A stretch of DNA of 56,927 nucleotides, taken from sequence record SRR31156797_150; one strand, written 5' to 3'. Of this stretch, positions 38,182 through 48,945 are shown piece after piece. The translations under genes were made by a program, and so were the position numbers. Position 1 is the first letter of the stretch, and the number at the start of each line of letters is the position of its first letter. The notes beneath the pieces are model-generated. The model ran no database searches and had not been told where the DNA came from. It saw nothing but the letters and a program-made list of their open reading frames with translations.

Positions 38182-39909
38182 ATGGATTTTTTCAATGTCA
38201 TCATTCAAATCCTCACTTTAATAGGGGCACTTGTCCTGTTTTTGTATGGGATGAAGGTGATGAGTGAATCGTTGCAGAAAATTGCCGGGCAAAACATGCG
38301 CAACATCCTGGCCCGGATTACCTCAAAACCATCCCGCGGAATCCTCACAGGATTTCTGATCACGGCCTTAATTCAGTCCTCTTCTGCCACAACTGTTTTG
38401 CTGGTAAGTTTTGTGAATGCCGGCCTAATCTCTTTTACGGAATCCATTGGAATTATTTTCGGTGCAAATATCGGGACTACCATTACAGCCTGGCTTATTT
38501 CACTGGTAGGGCTCGGAAACAGTTTTGGAATTTACAGCATTATTCTGCCTCTGGTGGCACTTTCGTTACCGCTTTTTTTTTCTTATAACAATAAAAATAA
38601 AGCCCGTGCTGAATTTGTCATTGGATTTGCGATGCTGTTTGTCGGGATACTCTTTTTTAAAGAAAACCTTCCTGAAATAAATGAAGATTCGGCTTTGTTT
38701 CAGGGACTTTCACTCTTCGAGAATAGCTTTATCAACACACTGATGTTTGTTGGTATTGGAATATTGATCACCATAATTTTCCAGTCCTCCAGTGCTACGA
38801 TCACCCTGACCATGGTACTTGCCATCGAAGGCTGGTTTCCGTTTAGTGCTGCTTTGGCAATGGTTGTTGGTGAAAATATTGGTACAACGGCAACGGCAAT
38901 TCTTGCCGGTATTGTAGCCAACCGATCAGCGAGACGTACTGCACTGGCCCATTTGTTGTTTAACCTGATCGGACTATTATGGATTCTGCCGTTGATCAGT
39001 GTTATCTCAGGTTCGTTAGAGCAGTTGATTGCTCAATTAAATATTGATCCGTCCAATCAAATTCCCATTGGAGTTGCTGTTTTTCATACCTCCTTCAACC
39101 TGGTGAATGCTTTGATACTGACGATCTTTTTTGTTCCATTCAGGAATTTATGTCTCGCTCTTATGCCCAACGGTACCGGGCTAAATGAGGTGTTTACACT
39201 GAAACATATTGATAATTCACTTTTATCAACTTCTGAATTATCGATATTACAGGTGCGAAAGGAAATTGCTCATATGGGAAAGCAGGTAACCATGCTGTTC
39301 AACATGGTTCCTGAACTTTTGCTGGAAAAAAAGGAAAAGAAATTTGCCAAAAAATTCAAGTTTTTGCAAAATGGTGAGGAAATGATTGATGAAATGGAAA
39401 TTCAGATCGCAGGCTATATCACTAAAATGTCAGAAGCAGAGTTGAGTAGCCAGGGTAAACAGCGCATTGAAATGATGCTTAAAATTATTGATTACCTAGA
39501 ATCCATTGCTGACATAAGTTTCCAGATGTCGCTAACCATTTTGAAAAAGCGTGAGGCAAACGCCTGGTTTACCCAGGAATTGCGAAATAACCTGGCCAGG
39601 GAATTCAACCTGATCGAAAAATCGCTGAATCTCATGGTTTACAACCTTGAAAACGATTACATGATAGCGAACCTGGAAGATGCAGAACGTATTGAAAACG
39701 AAATAAACCAAACGCGAAACGAACTTAATGAAGCATACCTGGAGGAGATAAACAGAGAAAAGCTGCCATATAAAACGGGTGTTTTTTATAACGACTTGCT
39801 GAGTTTTTCTGAAAAAATTGGCGACTATGCTTTTTTGGTCAATCAGACAATATGTATTAATGAAAACATACGCTCTTCAAGGGGTATTCAAAAAAGTCAA
39901 AAAAAATAA
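38182..39909 (+). CDS. Na+/Pi cotransporter (NptA/YjbB family) with PhoU-like C-terminus
   Basis: Two QSSSAT repeats, GANIGTT and GENIGTT, helical C-terminus ending EKIGDY. Confidence 0.92.
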   Translation: MDFFNVIIQILTLIGALVLFLYGMKVMSESLQKIAGQNMRNILARITSKPSRGILTGFLITALIQSSSATTVLLVSFVNAGLISFTESIGIIFGANIGTTITAWLISLVGLGNSFGIYSIILPLVALSLPLFFSYNNKNKARAEFVIGFAMLFVGILFFKENLPEINEDSALFQGLSLFENSFINTLMFVGIGILITIIFQSSSATITLTMVLAIEGWFPFSAALAMVVGENIGTTATAILAGIVANRSARRTALAHLLFNLIGLLWILPLISVISGSLEQLIAQLNIDPSNQIPIGVAVFHTSFNLVNALILTIFFVPFRNLCLALMPNGTGLNEVFTLKHIDNSLLSTSELSILQVRKEIAHMGKQVTMLFNMVPELLLEKKEKKFAKKFKFLQNGEEMIDEMEIQIAGYITKMSEAELSSQGKQRIEMMLKIIDYLESIADISFQMSLTILKKREANAWFTQELRNNLAREFNLIEKSLNLMVYNLENDYMIANLEDAERIENEINQTRNELNEAYLEEINREKLPYKTGVFYNDLLSFSEKIGDYAFLVNQTICINENIRSSRGIQKSQKK

Positions 39910-39912
39910 TTT

Positions 39913-42171
39913 ATGGACATCTACCTAATCATTGTAATTGTGCTCATTGTTCTTGCGATATCCGACCTGATTGTAGGCGTGAGCAATGATGCTGTGAATT
40001 TTTTAAATTCAGCAATCGGATCAAAAGTTGCACCACTCAATGTAATTATGGCAATTGCCAGTGTGGGGGTTGTAGTAGGAGCTACTTTTTCAAGTGGTTT
40101 GATGGAGGTTGCAAGGAAAGGTATCTTTCATCCCGACCAGTTTGTTTTTTCCGAAATTATGATCATATTCCTGGCTGTAATGGTAACGGATATTATTTTG
40201 CTTGATTCGTTCAATACCTTTGGGCTACCAACATCCACAACGGTGTCCATCGTTTTCGAGTTGCTGGGATCCGCAGTGGCTTTATCCATCATAAAAATTT
40301 CCCTTTCATCAACCGAAACCATGCTGGATATCAATAAATATATTAATTCCGATAAGGCCCTGGCCATCATAACCGGTATTCTGTTATCCGTGTTTATTGC
40401 CTTTATTGTGGGAGCCATCATTCAGTATTTGTCCAGGTTGTTATTCAGTTTCCGTTACCAAAAAAGTTTAAAATATTTTGGGTCGCTCTGGGGTGGCATG
40501 GCCATAACAGCTATCACATTTTTTATGCTGATAAAAGGTGCCAAAGGGGCATCGTTTATTACGCCTGAGGCTGCTGCCTGGATAAAGGAACATTCCTGGA
40601 ATATCCTCGTTTTTGGATTGGTTGGCTGGACAGCCCTGTTACAGTTATTAAACTCGCTTTTTAAGGTAAGTATCCCGAAAGTGATTGTTTTGGTGGGAAC
40701 TTTTGCCCTGGCGATGGCTTTTGCCGGAAATGACCTTGTGAACTTTATTGGGGTACCACTGGCAGGCTTGAAATCATACCAGGAATTTCTTGCCAATCCC
40801 GGAGCTGATCCGGATGCTTTTCAGATGGGGGCTTTGGCACTACCCGTAAAAACAAATACCTATTTACTGCTCATTGCGGGTATTATCATGTTGCTAACAC
40901 TCTGGTTCTCGAAAAAAGCAAAATCAGTTGTTGCCACCACCATCGACCTGAGCCGTCAGGGTAGCGGTGATGAACGTTTTGGTGCATCAGTGCTGTCAAG
41001 ATCTATTGTGCGGGCTTCCATCAACGTTAATAAAAATATATCAGCTGTTGTGCCGGTTACATTGCTGGAAAAAATTAACAAGCGGTTTGAAATCCCGAAA
41101 GACATGAAAAAGCAGGCATCCTCAAAAGATGCTGCCTCCTTTGATGTGATCAGGGCATCGGTAAACCTTTTGGTTGCGAGTATTTTAATCGCAATCGGTA
41201 CTTCATTAAAACTCCCGCTCTCAACAACCTATGTCACATTTATGGTAGCGATGGGAACCTCTTTGTCCGACAGGGCCTGGGGACGTGAGAGTGCCGTCTA
41301 CAGGATACAGGGTGTTTTCTCGGTAATTGGCGGTTGGTTCCTCACGGCGTTGATTGCCTTTACTGTGGCGTTTATTATTGCAAATATTATTTACTGGGGC
41401 GGGGTGATCGGCATTTTACTTTTGCTGGCCGCTGCTGTATATTTTGTTTATCGTTCACATATTTTACATAAGGATCGCGAAACCGAGAAAAGCGAAGATG
41501 ATAAGGAAAACGAAATTATTGAGGAGATTACAAGCGCTTCACTGGTTTTTGATAAATGTCAGAGTCATACCATTAAGGCCTTGAACAGGGTGCCGGAATT
41601 TTATGAGAAGCTGGTTTTGGGAATGGCCAACGAAGATCGAAATGTGCTGAAGGAAATGAACAAAGGGGTGAAGAAATTCAATAAGAAAACCAAGAAAACC
41701 AAAGATCGCATCGACGAAACCGTAAGAAGCCTTCAGGTTGACCTGATTGATACAGGGCATTATTATGTGCAAAGTGTAGATTATCTGCGCGAAATCGCCC
41801 ATTGTCTGAACTTTATGACCACCCCGGCTCTCGAGCATCTGGAAAACAATCATAATCCGCTGGACGCCACCCAAATTAAAGACCTGACCCGACTCAGTGA
41901 TGGAGTTGGTAAACTCTACAGAAATATCGTATTGCAAATCGATTCAAAAACGTATGATTATCTGGAAACAGTTATAGTTGAACAACGGAACCTTCTTGAG
42001 ATGATAAGCGAAATGCGTGTTAGTCAGGTGAAACGCCTGCGTGATGAAGAGGCACATACGAAACCGGGACTTTTATTCCTCGATATACTCGCCGAAACCA
42101 AAAACCTGTTGCTATATTCAGTGAATTTACTGAAATCACAAAGAGACTTTTACATTGAAATCAACAAATAA
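39913..42171 (+). CDS. PiT-family inorganic phosphate transporter with helical C-terminal extension
   Basis: GVSNDAVN, GLPTSTT, AGNDLVN, LPLSTT. Confidence 0.9.
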   Translation: MDIYLIIVIVLIVLAISDLIVGVSNDAVNFLNSAIGSKVAPLNVIMAIASVGVVVGATFSSGLMEVARKGIFHPDQFVFSEIMIIFLAVMVTDIILLDSFNTFGLPTSTTVSIVFELLGSAVALSIIKISLSSTETMLDINKYINSDKALAIITGILLSVFIAFIVGAIIQYLSRLLFSFRYQKSLKYFGSLWGGMAITAITFFMLIKGAKGASFITPEAAAWIKEHSWNILVFGLVGWTALLQLLNSLFKVSIPKVIVLVGTFALAMAFAGNDLVNFIGVPLAGLKSYQEFLANPGADPDAFQMGALALPVKTNTYLLLIAGIIMLLTLWFSKKAKSVVATTIDLSRQGSGDERFGASVLSRSIVRASINVNKNISAVVPVTLLEKINKRFEIPKDMKKQASSKDAASFDVIRASVNLLVASILIAIGTSLKLPLSTTYVTFMVAMGTSLSDRAWGRESAVYRIQGVFSVIGGWFLTALIAFTVAFIIANIIYWGGVIGILLLLAAAVYFVYRSHILHKDRETEKSEDDKENEIIEEITSASLVFDKCQSHTIKALNRVPEFYEKLVLGMANEDRNVLKEMNKGVKKFNKKTKKTKDRIDETVRSLQVDLIDTGHYYVQSVDYLREIAHCLNFMTTPALEHLENNHNPLDATQIKDLTRLSDGVGKLYRNIVLQIDSKTYDYLETVIVEQRNLLEMISEMRVSQVKRLRDEEAHTKPGLLFLDILAETKNLLLYSVNLLKSQRDFYIEINK

Positions 42172-42649
42172 CATCATCATAAATAGCGGAGGCCAAACCG
42201 GTGTAGACAGGGCAGCGCTTGATTTTGCACTGTCCAATGGATTGAATTGCAAAGGGTGGTGTCAATTGGGCAGGTTAGCTGAAGACGGGTTTATTAATCC
42301 GCGTTACCCACTATCTGAGACCAATTCAACGAATCCTGTTGTGCGCACCGAAATGAACATTATTGACAGCGATGCAACCCTGATCATTTATACTGAGGAA
42401 ATGGATTCCGGAACATTGGTCACGAGGGATTATGCATTCGAATATCAAAAACCTTTGTTTATCTGGAAAATCGGACGTAACCGAAATGAGCACCAGTTCC
42501 GGCAATGGTTATCCAATCATCAAGTTCGCGTGCTCAATGTGGCCGGGCCGAAATTATCCAATGCCCCTGATATTTATGGCGAAACACTTGAGCTGTTGGA
42601 AATCTTGCTGGCCGGGCAAATTCGTGTTGCTGACAGCAGAATGTATTAG
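42155..42649 (+). CDS. SLOG-superfamily putative molybdenum carrier protein
   Basis: SGGQTGVDRAALD, RTEMNIIDSDATL, SGT, VLNVAGP; TTG start overlaps the PiT gene end. Confidence 0.8.
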   Translation: MKSTNNIIINSGGQTGVDRAALDFALSNGLNCKGWCQLGRLAEDGFINPRYPLSETNSTNPVVRTEMNIIDSDATLIIYTEEMDSGTLVTRDYAFEYQKPLFIWKIGRNRNEHQFRQWLSNHQVRVLNVAGPKLSNAPDIYGETLELLEILLAGQIRVADSRMY

Positions 42650-42662
42650 GATTGAAGGTAAC

Positions 42663-43532
42663 CTACTTTTTCAAACCAAAGGCCATCCGATCTTTACCCT
42701 GAAGATCCTGCCTGATCTCAACCTTTATGAAACCGGAGGCTTCAAAAAGTTGCCTGATTTCAGGGCCAAAATTTTCATTGATTTCAAAGAATATTCTGCC
42801 ATGGTTCCTGAGTTTGAGTTGTGCAAAAGACAAAATCTGTGTGTAAAAAATCAAAGGGTCTTCATCAGATACATAGAGTGCCTGGCCCGGTTCATGAATA
42901 AGCACGTTTGCATGCATATGGCGTTTGTCTGACTGGGTTACATAAGGTGGGTTGCTCACAATAATGTCGTATTCCGGGAAGCTGTTCCAATTGTCATTTT
43001 CCAAAATATCACACTGGCGAAGCTTTACTTCAAGGTTGTAATGATCAGCATTTTTTTGTGCCATTTCAAGTGCCGTTGTGCTTATGTCGATGGCTTCAAC
43101 ATCCCAACCAGGTTTTGCCTTTTTTAATGCCAGCGATATGGCACCGCTGCCTGTCCCAATATCAAGAAGTTTTAATCCTGACGATCCCGATTGTGATTTC
43201 AGTATCCATTCAATCAACTCCTCGGTTTCCGGCCTTGGAATTAAAACGTGTTTATCCACATGTAGTTTCAGGTTATAAAAGTGCGCTACACCTGTAATGT
43301 GCTGAACAGGTGTGTTGTTAAGCAGTTTTTTAAATGCAAAATGTATTTTTAGCATCTCTGATTCGCTGATCCGGATATCAGGATTAGACAAGAGTTGCAT
43401 CTTTGAAATGCCCAGTAACTCTTCGAAAAGAATTTCCAAAAGATTGACGGCTTCTTCTTTCGGGTAAATTTTTTGAAGTTCTCCGGCATAATGGTCACGG
43501 ATATCTTTAACTTTGTTACTTTGTACCTTCAA
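42663..43532 (-). CDS. prmC: Release factor glutamine methyltransferase
   Basis: PVQHITG, VLIPRPETEEL, LDIGTGSGAI, IVSNPPY; TTG start at 43532 inferred. Confidence 0.95.
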   Translation of the reverse strand: MKVQSNKVKDIRDHYAGELQKIYPKEEAVNLLEILFEELLGISKMQLLSNPDIRISESEMLKIHFAFKKLLNNTPVQHITGVAHFYNLKLHVDKHVLIPRPETEELIEWILKSQSGSSGLKLLDIGTGSGAISLALKKAKPGWDVEAIDISTTALEMAQKNADHYNLEVKLRQCDILENDNWNSFPEYDIIVSNPPYVTQSDKRHMHANVLIHEPGQALYVSDEDPLIFYTQILSFAQLKLRNHGRIFFEINENFGPEIRQLFEASGFIKVEIRQDLQGKDRMAFGLKK

Positions 43533-43537
43533 AATAT

Positions 43538-44302
43538 ATGATCGAAATGAATGATATTTATGCAAAACTAGTTGATTTAAATAAACGACACATCAGATCT
43601 GCCCTTTGCGTGCTTACATCAACCACCGGTTCTGTTCCAAGGAAGGCCGGCGCTAAAATGATAGTGACCGCTTCTGGTGAATTGATTGGAACCATTGGCG
43701 GAGGCAAAGTAGAGCAGCAGGTAAAAATGCGCGCCATTGAAGCATTAAATAGTAATCAACCTGAAATGCTGCGGATTAATCTCGAAGATGATGCCGAAAT
43801 GCATTGCGGTGGTTCCGTTGAAGTATTTATTGAGCCTTCTCAACCCGGTAGTGAACTTTACATTTTTGGAGGCGGGCACGTAGGTGCAGCCCTGGCTAAA
43901 CTGGCCGTCAATTTTGATTTTGAGGTAACAGTAGTTGACAACCGGAAAGATTTGCTGGATGAATTGAATAGAAATGGGATTAAATTGATCGAGGGCGATT
44001 ATCAGGAAACAGCTTCTGAACTGCCCACAGGAGAAAACACCTATTTAGTTGTAACTACACCAAAACATGATACTGATATTGGTACAACCGGAATCCTGGC
44101 AAAAAAGAGCCATAAATACCTGGGTATGATCGGCAGCAAAAAGAAAGTGAAACAGGCACAACAAAGCTTTGCAGAACAAGGTGTGGATGAGTACCTTATC
44201 AATAAAATAGACATGCCCATCGGATTGCCTTTTAATGCACAAACTCCAGGGGAAATTGCCCTTAGCATACTGGCTAAAATTATTGACGTTCGGAATGGCT
44301 GA
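43538..44302 (+). CDS. XdhC/CoxI family molybdoenzyme maturation factor
   Basis: GSVPRKAGAKM, GTIGGG, MHCGG, IFGGGHVG, YLGMIGSKKK, PIGL...TPGEIALSI; start could be 43547. Confidence 0.9.
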   Translation: MIEMNDIYAKLVDLNKRHIRSALCVLTSTTGSVPRKAGAKMIVTASGELIGTIGGGKVEQQVKMRAIEALNSNQPEMLRINLEDDAEMHCGGSVEVFIEPSQPGSELYIFGGGHVGAALAKLAVNFDFEVTVVDNRKDLLDELNRNGIKLIEGDYQETASELPTGENTYLVVTTPKHDTDIGTTGILAKKSHKYLGMIGSKKKVKQAQQSFAEQGVDEYLINKIDMPIGLPFNAQTPGEIALSILAKIIDVRNG

Positions 44303-44388
44303 TCGCCATATATAATCTTATAAAATCATAAATTGTTTTATTTTTCCTCTGAATACCTAACTTTGTGTTGAGCTTAAAGCCTGGTCTA

Positions 44389-46944
44389 ATGAAAAATTTT
44401 TTAACTGTTGTTTTTTTGTGGTTGCTTACGCTCAATGTTATTGCACAGTCCACAGTATTTCATCGGGTGTCGATTGATGTTTCGCAGGAAAACATTGAGT
44501 TATTGAAATCAACTGGTATGGTTTCATTAATATATGCTCACCAGGGAGAATACATCGCCGAGTTATCAGAGGATGACCTGAAGTTACTTGATGCGGCAAA
44601 GGTTGATTACACATTTAAAATCAGGGATATATCAAATTTTTACGAGCGGCAAAATCGTGGTAAAAATCCGGACCTCATAACCGCCGGATTTAAAGGCAGG
44701 GAAGATTTTGATGTGCCTGAAAATTTTACACTGGGATCTATGGGCGGGTTTTGCACCTTGCAGGAGATCAATGCCCACATGGACAACATGTATAATCAGT
44801 TCCCGGATTTGATTTCCGAAAAGGAAGCGCTGCCAACATCCTCCGATCTGGGAAATCCCATTTATTGGGTAAAAATATCTGATAACCCCGGAGTAGATGA
44901 GGAAGAACCTGAGATTTTTTACAATTCACTAATCCATGCCCGTGAGCCCGCTTCAGCACAACAGTTGCTTTATTTCATGTATCATTTACTTGAAAACTAT
45001 GATACCGATCCTGAATTAAATCGGATTATCGATAATACGGAGTTGTATTTTATACTGTGTATAAATCCGGATGGCTATTTATATAATGAGCAACAATATC
45101 CTGAGGGTGGTGGTATGTGGCGGAAAAACAGGTCGTTGAATAGCAATGGGTCCTTTGGCATTGACCCGAACAGGAACTTTGAATATATGTGGGGTTATGA
45201 TGATATCGGCTCCTCACCGGTGCCTAACAGTTCTACTTATCGGGGTGAGAATGCCTGGTCGGCACCTGAAATCCTTGCGGTGAGGGAATTTGCTGAAAGC
45301 CGCGACTTTAAGCTTGTTTTGAATTATCACTCATTTGGTAAATTGCTACTTCATCCGTGGGGATATGTTAGTTATTATATTCCTGATGATTACGATCAAA
45401 TCAGCGAAATGGCATCAATGCTTACCGAAAATAACACTTTCGATTATGGTACTCCCGCACGATGGTTATACCTTGTAAATGGTGACGCAACAGATTGGTT
45501 CTATGGAGACGAAGAGGATAAACCCCGGGCATTTGCTTTTACGGCCGAGGTCGGTGGCCCGGAGCACGGCTTTTGGCCACCCATGGAGGAAATTATACCC
45601 CAATGCCAAAGTTGTCTTGAAATGAATATTCTGGCCGCTAAGTTGACAGGGCCATTTACCAAATTTGTAGATGCCGGGCCGTTGAATATAGAAAAAACGG
45701 AAGGCTTTCTTTTTTTCGATTTGAAGCGTATTGGTTTTTCAACTACACCGGTTGATGTTTCCTTTTTTCCATTGAATGACGTTTTTGATTCTTTGGGTAA
45801 TGTTGGAATGGTGACCACTGTACCGGTTGACAGTATGCGGGAAGACTCTGTTTTTTACCGGTTGAAAAATGGCTTGAGGCCCGGAGATGAAATCAGGTAT
45901 GTAGTTAAAATTGAAAATGATGCCTTTTTAACCACCGATACTGTTACAAAAGTGTTTGGCCCGGAATTGCCTGTTTTGGAAGATGATTTTGATGATTTAA
46001 TACATTGGCAAACGGATGAATGGGCCTACCGTGATAACTATTTCACCTCTCCCCAGTTTTCAGCGTCAAATGTTGAGGGTAGCTATTATGGAAATAATGT
46101 CCAATCGTTTATGTATCTAAACGATACCATAACAATCAGTGATGCGGATCATGTTTGGGTGAATTTCAAGGCCAGGTGGGACCTCGATGGCGGGCGCGAT
46201 TACATTAAGTTTGTTTATTCTGATAATTATGGCCAAATCTGGAATGTGCTCCAGGGAAGGTATTCCTCCCGGCAACTGTCTGATTCGGGAGTCATGTATG
46301 TTTACAAGGGGCAGGCAGAAGAATGGCTCAATGAATGGGTTCTGATGGATGATATAAAAGATAAGCCTTTGCGGTTTGGGTTTCAGTTTGCCAGTGACGA
46401 AAAATATGGCCGGTCGGGTTTTTATTGCGATGATTTCAGGGTGATAACCGTTGACATGCAAAAAGCCAATCAATCCATAACCCTGGGACCCGGGTGGACC
46501 GGAATCAGTTCTTTCATCCTGCCCGATAGTGCCAGCGTTGAAACCATTCTTGAAGACCATATGGAGGAGATTGATTTCTTAATGGATAATGTCCGGTTTT
46601 TCCAACCCGGAAACAACAACAATACACTCCATACCTGGAATACAAATGACGGTTACATGATCAAAACATTGCAACCCATTACACTCGTCCTCAGCGGTTA
46701 TCCCGAACAATCGCGCAGGCTTTCGTTGCAGTCGGGCTGGAACCTGGTTTCCATTGTTTCTGAACAACCTGTTCCTGTGAGTTCACTGGTTACCAACCCA
46801 TTAAACAGAATTGATGTTATAAAAGAGGCCTGCGGTTCATTAACAAGCTGGCCTGAACAGGATATACAGTCACTCCAGATCCTGCAACCCGGGAGCTCCT
46901 ATTTTATAAAAACCAATGGAGACGCCATCCTGATCCTGAAATAA
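44389..46944 (+). CDS. Secreted M14 zinc carboxypeptidase (carboxypeptidase T-like) with C-terminal beta domains
   Basis: HARE zinc motif, INPDG, WRKNR, DPNRNF, YHSFG, FTAEVG; signal peptide; -7 element TAACTTTG at 44358-44365. Confidence 0.9.
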   Translation: MKNFLTVVFLWLLTLNVIAQSTVFHRVSIDVSQENIELLKSTGMVSLIYAHQGEYIAELSEDDLKLLDAAKVDYTFKIRDISNFYERQNRGKNPDLITAGFKGREDFDVPENFTLGSMGGFCTLQEINAHMDNMYNQFPDLISEKEALPTSSDLGNPIYWVKISDNPGVDEEEPEIFYNSLIHAREPASAQQLLYFMYHLLENYDTDPELNRIIDNTELYFILCINPDGYLYNEQQYPEGGGMWRKNRSLNSNGSFGIDPNRNFEYMWGYDDIGSSPVPNSSTYRGENAWSAPEILAVREFAESRDFKLVLNYHSFGKLLLHPWGYVSYYIPDDYDQISEMASMLTENNTFDYGTPARWLYLVNGDATDWFYGDEEDKPRAFAFTAEVGGPEHGFWPPMEEIIPQCQSCLEMNILAAKLTGPFTKFVDAGPLNIEKTEGFLFFDLKRIGFSTTPVDVSFFPLNDVFDSLGNVGMVTTVPVDSMREDSVFYRLKNGLRPGDEIRYVVKIENDAFLTTDTVTKVFGPELPVLEDDFDDLIHWQTDEWAYRDNYFTSPQFSASNVEGSYYGNNVQSFMYLNDTITISDADHVWVNFKARWDLDGGRDYIKFVYSDNYGQIWNVLQGRYSSRQLSDSGVMYVYKGQAEEWLNEWVLMDDIKDKPLRFGFQFASDEKYGRSGFYCDDFRVITVDMQKANQSITLGPGWTGISSFILPDSASVETILEDHMEEIDFLMDNVRFFQPGNNNNTLHTWNTNDGYMIKTLQPITLVLSGYPEQSRRLSLQSGWNLVSIVSEQPVPVSSLVTNPLNRIDVIKEACGSLTSWPEQDIQSLQILQPGSSYFIKTNGDAILILK

Positions 46945-47001
46945 CATCGGCTTTTCAAAGTAATTCATAAATTTGCGACTTCATAATTAATTCCATCAGC
47001 T

Positions 47002-48375
47002 ATGAGATTTGTTTTATTGGTTGCAGGTTTGATTTTTACTGGTTTAATCTCCGCACAATCCTATTCATTACAGGGTAAAATTGTTGGCCTCAAAAATGAA
47101 ACCATCAAAATTTCAAACTTTTATGGTAACGAAGATCGTGTGATCGACTCTGTAATGACAGATAATTCCGGAGCATTTACTTACCAATTCCCTGAGGGAT
47201 TTCAAACAGGCATGTACCGGCTGAGGTTTTTGCAGAACCAGTTTATGGATATCATATTCAATGATGAAAATATCCGGTTTTCCAGCGACCTTACAGCTTT
47301 GATCGACAGTCTTGAATTTTCCACATCGGTGGAGAACCAACTGTATTTTGAGTACCTGAACAAGCGCAACAAGATGGAATATAAAATGGAGTTGCTGGGC
47401 CCGGTAAAATCTTACTATCCGCAGGACGATCCTTTTTATGAAGTGGTTTACGACCAGTTTAAATCAATCAACAACGGTTTTGAAGCATTTGTGGATGAAC
47501 TGATTCAAGGCAATAAAAACACTTTTGTTTCCAGAATTGTAAAATCGGATTATACGCCTTCTCCACCTTTGGATATGGATCAGATGCAGGCCATGCAATA
47601 CATGCGCGATCATTTTTTTGATAACGTCGATTTTTCGGATACAACACTACTTTATACCAACATCATTTCAGGAAAGGTGATGCAATACCTGTCGTTTTAT
47701 CAGAATAACCGCATGACCAAAGATCAGTTACAGGTTGAATTTATCAAAGCAGTGAACAAAATTATGGACGTTACCAGCGTTAACCAGGAAGTTTACCAGT
47801 ATGTGCTGGATTACCTGTTAACAGGCTTTGAAAGCTACGGGTTCGAAAAGGTGATCACCTATATTGCCGACAATATAAGCTTTGATGAAACGTGTGTTAA
47901 CAGCGAAAGAAAAGCGCAACTGGAGAAAAAAGTGGAAAGCCTGAAGAAGTTTTCCGTTGGAAACAAAGCCCCTGATTTTTCCGCAACTGATCTTTACGGG
48001 AATAGTTTTACGCTTTCCGAGTCCGGCTCACAATATACATTACTCGTATTTTGGGCTACCTGGTGCCCGCATTGCACGAGTTTAATCCCACAGCTCCAAT
48101 CAATTTATTTCCCCGAAAGCAGCGACAAACTGGAGATTGTGGCTGTTTCGCTGGATGACTCTGAGGATGACCTGAGATCATTTCTGGACGAAGGTGAATA
48201 TGATTGGGTGAATATTTCCGATTTTAAAAAATGGAAAGGTGAGATAGTACAAAAGTATGATGTATACGCAACACCAACAATGTACCTGCTTTTCCAGGAT
48301 CAGACAATCCTGGCCAAACCCATGACATTCGAAGAGCTCAAAACAGAATTGTTCGAAAGGAACATTCTGCATTAA
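47002..48375 (+). CDS. TlpA-like thiol-disulfide oxidoreductase with large N-terminal region
   Basis: Signal peptide; GNKAPDF, FWATWCPHC, VAVSLD, YDVYATPT; -7 element TAAATTTG at 46968-46975. Confidence 0.88.
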   Translation: MRFVLLVAGLIFTGLISAQSYSLQGKIVGLKNETIKISNFYGNEDRVIDSVMTDNSGAFTYQFPEGFQTGMYRLRFLQNQFMDIIFNDENIRFSSDLTALIDSLEFSTSVENQLYFEYLNKRNKMEYKMELLGPVKSYYPQDDPFYEVVYDQFKSINNGFEAFVDELIQGNKNTFVSRIVKSDYTPSPPLDMDQMQAMQYMRDHFFDNVDFSDTTLLYTNIISGKVMQYLSFYQNNRMTKDQLQVEFIKAVNKIMDVTSVNQEVYQYVLDYLLTGFESYGFEKVITYIADNISFDETCVNSERKAQLEKKVESLKKFSVGNKAPDFSATDLYGNSFTLSESGSQYTLLVFWATWCPHCTSLIPQLQSIYFPESSDKLEIVAVSLDDSEDDLRSFLDEGEYDWVNISDFKKWKGEIVQKYDVYATPTMYLLFQDQTILAKPMTFEELKTELFERNILH

Positions 48376-48498
48376 ATCTTATCTAAAACATTTCTGGAAC
48401 CTTTTCAGGTGCTAATACTTTTGGTTGGGGATTAGGTTCCTCTTATGGAGAAACCTGTGAGGATTATTTTTGTGACTGTCGTTATGTGATTAGTTATG

Positions 48499-48945
48499 CT
48501 AAACTTTTTTCACATTAACGGCAATATACCCTTTTGGCCCTTTATCAATTTCGTACGACACTTTGTTGCCTTCAATAATATCATCAATACAATTGTTGAT
48601 GTGCACAAAAATGTCTTGTTTGGAGTTTGCGTCTTTGATGAAACCAAATCCTTTCGAATCGTTAAAGAATGACACGATACCTGTTTTTTCGGTTTCTTCC
48701 TCACCATCATTGCGGTTTGGCGAACCCAACGGGATGTCCTCTGCTTTGATCTCTTCTTTTTCAGCAGGATCAGGAGGAGTATCGGTGATGTTACCATGTT
48801 CATCAACGTAGGCAATCATATCGTCCAGGCTACCGGATGAGCTTTCTTCCTTACGCGCCTGGCGTTTTTCAGCTTTTTCCTTCCTTTTCTTTTCTTTACG
48901 TTTTTGTATTTCCTTTTTGTTAAAAGATTGTTGCGATCTACCCAT
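48499..48945 (-). CDS. Cold-shock domain protein with basic N-terminal extension
   Basis: GIVSFFNDSKGFGFI (RNP1), DIFVH (RNP2); N-terminus MGRSQQSFNKKE. Confidence 0.9.
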   Translation of the reverse strand: MGRSQQSFNKKEIQKRKEKKRKEKAEKRQARKEESSSGSLDDMIAYVDEHGNITDTPPDPAEKEEIKAEDIPLGSPNRNDGEEETEKTGIVSFFNDSKGFGFIKDANSKQDIFVHINNCIDDIIEGNKVSYEIDKGPKGYIAVNVKKV

